Origin: Candidatus Pelagibacter ubique HTCC1062
GTDB lineage: Bacteria; Pseudomonadota; Alphaproteobacteria; Pelagibacterales; Pelagibacteraceae
Length of the DNA stretch: 32,000 nt
Assembly (NCBI RefSeq): GCF_000012345.1
Contig: NC_007205.1
Coordinates: forward strand, 1-32,000
Reading direction: 5' to 3'
The position numbers were made by a program, and so were the translations under genes. The notes under the pieces were generated by a model, which saw only the letters and a list, made by a program, of their open reading frames with translations, ran no database searches and was not told where the DNA came from. The stretch's first letter is position 1. Every line of letters starts with the position of its first letter. Of this stretch, positions 26,430 to 32,000 are shown in pieces.

Positions 26430-27489
26430 TAATAACAGATATAATTTTCAGATTTATATTATTCCATGTGTTTTCATAGTTAAAATCCTTCATGTTCTTT
26501 TTTTTAACAAGATATTCTTCTTTATTATCAATAATATTAATTAGTTTATTGAGTAATGTTTTCTCATCTATTTCTTTTTGATTTAACAACCAATTAAAGC
26601 CAAGTTTATTATAAAAATGTGCATTTTCAAATTGATGGTTATCTTTCGCAGTTGGCAAAGGTATTGCTAAATATGGAGTCTCAGTAAAATTTAACTCTGC
26701 TAATGTTGATGCTCCTGCTCTAGTAATGCACAGGTCTGTTTTTTGCATAAAATTTACGACATCATCGTTAAAATTGAATAATTCACATTGAATATTCTTA
26801 TCTTCGTAAATTTTTTTAAAACTTTCAAAGTTAATAGAATTAGTTTGTTGGTAAATTTTTAGTTTATAGTTTTTAGCTAATTCAATAATTGCATTTTTAA
26901 CTAAATCATCAAATATTTTAGCTCCTTGACTACCGCCTATTATAAGTAAATTAATTGTATCTAAGGATTTATTGTAATCTCTCTTATTATAAAAATTTTT
27001 TCTTAATAATGCTGGAATTACTTTAATTTTATTTTTAAATTTAATAGGAAATTTTTTGATATTATTAGAATAACAAAATATTTTTTGACAGTAACTTAAA
27101 AAAAATTTATTTGATCTACCTAAAACCATATTTGGTTCAAATAACAACAGCTTAATATTTAAAATTCTAGCTCCTAAGCATAAGGGTAGTGACATGTATC
27201 CACCTGTTGAAATTAATGTATCAATTTTATTTTTTCTAAAAAAAGAAATTGATTTAAAAATCAAAAATATCATAAAAATAAAATCAAGTGGTATGATTAA
27301 TAAGTTTTTTGAAATTGGCCTCACATTAAATATTTTTAAATTATACTCATCTTTGTTTAAAAATTTGACACCCCTAAAGTCAGATGTCATTGAAACATCA
27401 AAATTGTCCTCTAAATGTTTATATATTATGGTTGCGGGTATAACGTGACCTCCTGATCCACCAGTACTAATTAGTATTTTTTTATTCAT
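26419..27489 (-). CDS. murG: Lipid II synthase MurG (undecaprenyl-PP-MurNAc-pentapeptide GlcNAc transferase)
   Basis: 356 aa. Diagnostic segments are STGGSGGHVIPA, IGGSQGA and ITRAGASTLAEL. Confidence 0.92.
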   Translation of the reverse strand: MNKKILISTGGSGGHVIPATIIYKHLEDNFDVSMTSDFRGVKFLNKDEYNLKIFNVRPISKNLLIIPLDFIFMIFLIFKSISFFRKNKIDTLISTGGYMSLPLCLGARILNIKLLLFEPNMVLGRSNKFFLSYCQKIFCYSNNIKKFPIKFKNKIKVIPALLRKNFYNKRDYNKSLDTINLLIIGGSQGAKIFDDLVKNAIIELAKNYKLKIYQQTNSINFESFKKIYEDKNIQCELFNFNDDVVNFMQKTDLCITRAGASTLAELNFTETPYLAIPLPTAKDNHQFENAHFYNKLGFNWLLNQKEIDEKTLLNKLINIIDNKEEYLVKKKNMKDFNYENTWNNINLKIISVINEN

Positions 27490-28614
27490 TTAATTAATTT
27501 TTCTTTTTGTTAAATTTAAAATTATTCCAGATAATATAGAAACTCCTATAATTGAAGAACCTCCATAACTTAAAAATGGCAATGTCATTCCAGTTGTAGG
27601 AAATAGTCTTATATTCACCCCAAGATGTATTAATGCTTGAAAAATTATTAGACTTATTGATCCAGTTAGCACTAGTTTATTTTTTTCACTTTTTTCTAAA
27701 TAAATTTTTTTAAAAACAGAATAAATAAAAAATAAAAATAAAATTAATAAAAATATTATTGCAATAACACCAAACTCCTCTGAAATAACTGAAACTATAT
27801 AGTCGGTATGAGCCTCTGGAACTCTTGTTTTTAAGGTACCTTCTCCTATTCCTTTACCAAAAAAACCACCACTACTAATTGCTTCTATAGCTTTATCAGA
27901 TTGAAAATTATGGGTTCCACCATCAGGGTTGAAGAAAGAAAGTATACGACTTTTAATATAAATAAATTTTGGGATAAAAAAAACTACATATAGCAGGCTT
28001 ATAATAGAAAGACTTATAAATAATAAAATGAATAATAAGTTTATGCCAGATACAAAAACTAATATTACCCAGGATAAAAACACCAAAAGTGTTTGTCCGA
28101 TGTCAGGCTGCATTATTAATAGTAACCCAGTTGGGATAATAGAAATGATAGTCAATAAGTATTTGATATAAATATTATAATTTTTTTCACTACATAAAAT
28201 TGTTGCCACAAAAATAATTATAAATGGTTTTAGTAATTCAATTGGTTGAAATTGAGGAAGAAAAAAAAGATTTAACCATCTTTTTGATCCTTTAACTTCA
28301 GTACCAAAAATTGGCACTAAAAATAAAAAAAATAAAGTAATAAAAAAAAGATAAATAGAGAATCTAAAAAGATTCTTTTCACTTAGAGAAGAGAAAAACA
28401 CTAAGGTCAACAAGCCAATGAAAATATATACCAAATGTTTAAAAAAGAAAAAATAATTATTTGTATCTAATTTATCAGAAGCAATAAATGAAGTTGAAAC
28501 TAAAGAAAAAAATAAACCCAAACTAAACAAAATTATTATCAATAAAAAAATTGTTTTATCTATATTTTTCCACCAGTTATAATATATTGAGTTGAGCGAA
28601 CTATTATTTATCAT
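27490..28614 (-). CDS. ftsW: SEDS-family peptidoglycan glycosyltransferase FtsW
   Basis: 374 aa, polytopic membrane protein. SEDS motifs are KRWLNLFFLPQFQPIELLKP, PDIGQT, PEAHTDYI and GMTLPFLSYGGSS. It lies between murD and murG. Confidence 0.9.
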   Translation of the reverse strand: MINNSSLNSIYYNWWKNIDKTIFLLIIILFSLGLFFSLVSTSFIASDKLDTNNYFFFFKHLVYIFIGLLTLVFFSSLSEKNLFRFSIYLFFITLFFLFLVPIFGTEVKGSKRWLNLFFLPQFQPIELLKPFIIIFVATILCSEKNYNIYIKYLLTIISIIPTGLLLIMQPDIGQTLLVFLSWVILVFVSGINLLFILLFISLSIISLLYVVFFIPKFIYIKSRILSFFNPDGGTHNFQSDKAIEAISSGGFFGKGIGEGTLKTRVPEAHTDYIVSVISEEFGVIAIIFLLILFLFFIYSVFKKIYLEKSEKNKLVLTGSISLIIFQALIHLGVNIRLFPTTGMTLPFLSYGGSSIIGVSILSGIILNLTKRKIN

Positions 28615-29906
28615 TTTATATAATTTTTAATAAGTTTATTAAAATATCTACCTCTTTCTTCAAAGTTTTTAAAAGTATCAAATGATGCAGAGGCTGGACT
28701 AAAAAGAATTGTCTTTTTAATAAAATTATTTTCATTTTTAATATCTAAAAAAACCTTAGCAATTAGACTCTTTAAATTTAAAAATGATTTAAACGCCATC
28801 TTATTTTTTAATTCATTAATAAAAAATTTTTGATTTTTACCAAAAATGTATAATTTAATCTTTTTACAATCGTTTTTTTTAAGTAGAAATTTATCTCGTT
28901 TTTTAGGTAAACCACCTACTATCCAATAAATATTTTTTAATGATTTCAATAATTTTTCTGATGAAGAAAAGCTTGTTGCTTTAGAATCATTAATAATTTT
29001 TAAAAATTTAGAATTATGAATTATTTCTTGTCTAAAACTTAGTCCTTTAAAATTTTTTAATGATTTTAATAGCAAGTTATTCTTTAACTTTAATATCTTT
29101 GAAACCTTCAGCACAAATGTCAAATTTTCTTTATTACCATCTGTATCAAAATAATGATTATCAATTTTTTTAATAAACCTATCACTTATATATTTTTCTA
29201 TTTTCAAAATTGATGGTGCAAATTTTTTTTGCTTTAATTTTCTTTTAATGTAAAAATTTTTTGTATTTAAAATTGCAATATCATTTTTAGATTGATTTTT
29301 TATTAATTTAAATTTAGCACTTACATATTTATTTATAGTCTTGTGTCTTTCGAGGTGATCTGGTGAAATGTTTAAGATTAAAGATATATTTGTTTTAAAT
29401 AACTTGCTGTATTCTAGTTGATAGGATGAAGCTTCTATTACAAATAAAGTGTCTTTTTTGATCTTTTTTTCAAGTAAAACTGGATTTCCTATATTGCCAA
29501 CTAAACGAACATCTTTTTTTTGATCCTTTAATATATCGTACAAAAGCTTAGCGGTAGTTGATTTTCCGTTTGTTCCTGTAATAGTTATTTTTTGATTAAA
29601 AGCATATCGACTATAAAAAATGTCTAAATCTGTATAAATTTTTTTATGGTTTTTTTTTAAAAATCTACTTAATTTACAATTATTAATATCTATTCCTGGA
29701 CTAATTATAATACAGTCAAATTCTTTTTTAATTATTTCTTTGTATGTTGTGTGAGTATCTTTTATATTTTTTTTAGTAATTATTTGATCATCATATAAAC
29801 TAATAATATTATTTTTTTTTAAATAACTATAAGTGGATAGACCACTTTTACCCAGACCATAAATCAGTATTTTTTTTTTTAAAAAGTTTTTTTCTAGATT
29901 TAACAT
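28611..29906 (-). CDS. murD: UDP-N-acetylmuramoylalanine--D-glutamate ligase
   Basis: 431 aa. Diagnostic segments are IYGLGKSG and the Mur ligase P-loop ITGTNGKSTT. It is in the canonical dcw position. The stop overlaps the ftsW start (ATGA). Confidence 0.88.
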   Translation of the reverse strand: MLNLEKNFLKKKILIYGLGKSGLSTYSYLKKNNIISLYDDQIITKKNIKDTHTTYKEIIKKEFDCIIISPGIDINNCKLSRFLKKNHKKIYTDLDIFYSRYAFNQKITITGTNGKSTTAKLLYDILKDQKKDVRLVGNIGNPVLLEKKIKKDTLFVIEASSYQLEYSKLFKTNISLILNISPDHLERHKTINKYVSAKFKLIKNQSKNDIAILNTKNFYIKRKLKQKKFAPSILKIEKYISDRFIKKIDNHYFDTDGNKENLTFVLKVSKILKLKNNLLLKSLKNFKGLSFRQEIIHNSKFLKIINDSKATSFSSSEKLLKSLKNIYWIVGGLPKKRDKFLLKKNDCKKIKLYIFGKNQKFFINELKNKMAFKSFLNLKSLIAKVFLDIKNENNFIKKTILFSPASASFDTFKNFEERGRYFNKLIKNYIK

Positions 29907-30991
29907 TATCTAAGTTTTAATGTCGCTAATCCAATCATTGCTAAAATTATTGATATAATCCAAAACCTAATTACAACTGTTGATTCTGCCCAACCTTTTT
30001 TTTCAAAATGATGATGTATAGGTGCCATTCTAAAAATTCTTTTACCTGTAAGTTTGAATGAAAATACTTGGATTATAACTGATACAGCTTCTAGTACAAA
30101 TAACCCTCCTGTTATTGCTAAAACAATCTCATGTTTAGTAATAATACCAATTGCCCCTAAAGATCCACCTAATGCTAATGAACCAGTGTCACCCATAAAT
30201 ATTTTAGCAGGTGGAGCATTGAACCATAAAAATCCTAAACAAGCTCCTATAATTGATCCACAAAAAACTGAAACTTCCCCCATACCTTCAAGATAGGGAA
30301 TATTTAAATATTCAGAAAATACAATATTGCCCGTTACGTAACTAATAAATGCAAAACATGCTGCAACTAATATCACTGGCACCGTTGCTAAGCCATCTAA
30401 ACCATCTGTTAAATTAACTGCGTTGGAGGATCCAACAATTATAAAAATTGAAAATGGAATAAAAAACCATCCAAGATTAATAATTAAATTTTTAAAAAAA
30501 GGAAAATATAAATTGGTAAGTTCAGTGTTTTGAGATAATTGAGTTAAACCATAAATTCCAACAATGGCTATTAAAATTTGAGAAATAATCTTAAATTTAA
30601 ATGAAACGCCAGATGAATTTTTAAACTTAATTTTTTTATAATCATCATATGCACCTAATAGCCCAAACCCCGAAACAATAAATAACAAAAACCATATATG
30701 GTAATTTGATAAATCACCCCAAAGTAATATTCCTGAAAAAAGTCCAAGTAAAATTAAAACACCTCCCATTGTTGGTGTTCCAATTTTCTTAACGATATGT
30801 TCAGTAGGACCATCATCTCTTATTGGATTTAATATTTTTCTTGCTGAAAAAAATTTAATAAAAGGAGTGCCAATTAATAAAACTACAAACATTGATGTAA
30901 ACATTGAAAGGCCCGTTCTAAATGTTAAATACTTAAATACATTTAGAAAACTATATTGATCAATTAATTGCGTAATAAGACTATAAAGCAT
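29906..30991 (-). CDS. mraY: Phospho-N-acetylmuramoyl-pentapeptide transferase
   Basis: 361 aa, polytopic membrane protein. Diagnostic segments are GTPTMGG, NAVNLTDGLDGLA, FMGDTGSLALGG and APIHHHFE. Confidence 0.95.
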   Translation of the reverse strand: MLYSLITQLIDQYSFLNVFKYLTFRTGLSMFTSMFVVLLIGTPFIKFFSARKILNPIRDDGPTEHIVKKIGTPTMGGVLILLGLFSGILLWGDLSNYHIWFLLFIVSGFGLLGAYDDYKKIKFKNSSGVSFKFKIISQILIAIVGIYGLTQLSQNTELTNLYFPFFKNLIINLGWFFIPFSIFIIVGSSNAVNLTDGLDGLATVPVILVAACFAFISYVTGNIVFSEYLNIPYLEGMGEVSVFCGSIIGACLGFLWFNAPPAKIFMGDTGSLALGGSLGAIGIITKHEIVLAITGGLFVLEAVSVIIQVFSFKLTGKRIFRMAPIHHHFEKKGWAESTVVIRFWIISIILAMIGLATLKLR

Positions 30992-32000
30992 TAAACTTTC
31001 CAGTTTTTAATTTGTTAACTAGATTGTTAAGTCCAGTAGAGTTTGAGCCCTTAATCATTAAATAATCATTATTATTTAAATCATTTTTAATCAAATCAAT
31101 TATTTTAGACTTATCTTTCAAAATGACCCCTCTTCGGTGCTTATCAAGGTTTTTATAAGTATGTAAAATATGTTTACCCACTACATTAATATTTTTAAGA
31201 GAAGTTTTATTAATTTCTTTGCCAGCCTCTAAGTGTAGTTTCTTTGAATAATTTCCTAACTCCAACATGTCACTCAGTATTAATTTTTTTTTAGAATTAT
31301 CAATTTTTAATTCATCAAAATTTTTTATAGCAGACTTTAATGATAATGGATTAGAGTTATAACTCTCATCTACAATGTAAATACTCTTTTTTTTTAATTT
31401 AACCTTTATAATATCACCACGGCCTTTTGTCATCTCATAATCAAGAAATATATTTTTTTCTAATTTTTGTGTATCTTTAAAAATTGATATAATTGCAATT
31501 GTGGCTAATAAGTTTTTTAAATTATTTTCAAAAATTAATCTTACATAAAAATAAATTTGTTTTTTATTAACATTTACAAATATTTTGTATTTAGATCTTT
31601 CTTTAACTATTTTTTCTAGATAAATATTTGCTGATTTATTTTTTAAACTAAATGTAAAAATATTTATGTTTTTTTTCTTGGCAATTTTTTTATGTAAATT
31701 ATAAAATCTGTCATCTTGGTTTAAAACAAGAATTCCATTTGTTTTTATATTATTAATAATTTCTGACTTTGCTAAAGCTACTTGATGAATGTTTTTAAAA
31801 TTTTTAATATGTGCGTAGGAAATATTTGTAATAACACCCACATCAGGCTTGATAATTTTTGATAGATAATCAATCTCACCTTTTTTATCCATTCCAATCT
31901 CAAAAATACCAAATTCATCATTTTTTTTTAGATTAAATAAACTTAATGGTACACCAAATTTATTATTAAAAGATTTTGGTGAATAAGTTACATTACTAAT
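30981..32000 (-). CDS. murF: UDP-MurNAc-tripeptide--D-alanyl-D-alanine ligase, C-terminal roughly two thirds (ORF continues past the right edge)
   Basis: The tracked Met at 31892 is internal. The same frame stays open to position 32000 and reads ISNVTYSPKSFNNKFGVPLSLFNLKKNDEFGIFEIGMDKKGEIDYL, which is the MurF central domain (NNxxGVPL, E-x-G-M...GEI). It lies upstream of mraY, as in all dcw clusters. Confidence 0.88.
   Translation of the reverse strand: MSNVTYSPKSFNNKFGVPLSLFNLKKNDEFGIFEIGMDKKGEIDYLSKIIKPDVGVITNISYAHIKNFKNIHQVALAKSEIINNIKTNGILVLNQDDRFYNLHKKIAKKKNINIFTFSLKNKSANIYLEKIVKERSKYKIFVNVNKKQIYFYVRLIFENNLKNLLATIAIISIFKDTQKLEKNIFLDYEMTKGRGDIIKVKLKKKSIYIVDESYNSNPLSLKSAIKNFDELKIDNSKKKLILSDMLELGNYSKKLHLEAGKEINKTSLKNINVVGKHILHTYKNLDKHRRGVILKDKSKIIDLIKNDLNNNDYLMIKGSNSTGLNNLVNKLKTGKFNAL

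Noticed and set aside
29870-29880. An 11-nt homopolymer (T on plus, A on the coding strand) inside the murD N-terminus, and many other 8-11 nt A/T runs, as possible phase-variation or programmed-frameshift sites
   Set aside because: The runs encode in-frame Lys/Phe/Asn stretches within intact essential genes, and no alternative frame continues productively. Such runs are expected from the extreme AT bias.
31890-31892. Met at 31892 as the murF start codon
   Set aside because: The frame stays open upstream to the window edge and encodes conserved MurF central-domain sequence (SFNNKFGVPLSL...FEIGM). The Met is therefore internal and the gene is truncated by the window.

Overview
The window is a strongly AT-rich, very gene-dense stretch of core chromosome. 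Its gene content and order match a streamlined alphaproteobacterium of the SAR11/Pelagibacter type. That assignment is an inference from composition, protein sequences and synteny, not from a database search.

Genes from left to right:
- leuA (5' part), then ilvC, ilvH and ilvB, all on the minus strand.
- miaA, htrA/degP, a yjeT-like DUF2065 gene, hflC and hflK (minus).
- An mrp/apbC-like ATPase (plus) and thyX (minus).
- A circularly permuted two-piece tmRNA gene (plus). This is the only G+C-rich island in the window.
- A small MazG/HisE-like NTP pyrophosphohydrolase (minus) and fumC (plus).
- An N-terminally anchored AsmA-like protein (minus), then uvrD and a long-form aminopeptidase P (plus).
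- ligA, bamD and lpxC (minus).
- The dcw cluster on the minus strand, in the order murF(partial)-mraY-murD-ftsW-murG-murC-murB-ddl-ftsQ-ftsA.

Almost all junctions are 20 nt or less, or overlap. The only sizeable non-coding stretches are the ssrA locus (about 300 nt) and the 105-nt ilvC-leuA spacer.

I see no mobile elements, CRISPR arrays, defence islands or obviously foreign DNA, and nothing I can honestly call a new multi-gene system.

The observations most worth a second look:
- The permuted tmRNA lies antisense between two co-oriented genes, and it corrupts the naive thyX ORF call.
- The Mrp/ApbC homologue has lost the family's CxxC Fe-S motif.
- FtsA is divergent, with a degenerate phosphate-2 loop, and ftsZ is absent from its usual ftsA-lpxC slot.
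- Three convergent gene pairs have overlapping 3' ends.
- Two divergent start codons sit back to back with zero spacer.
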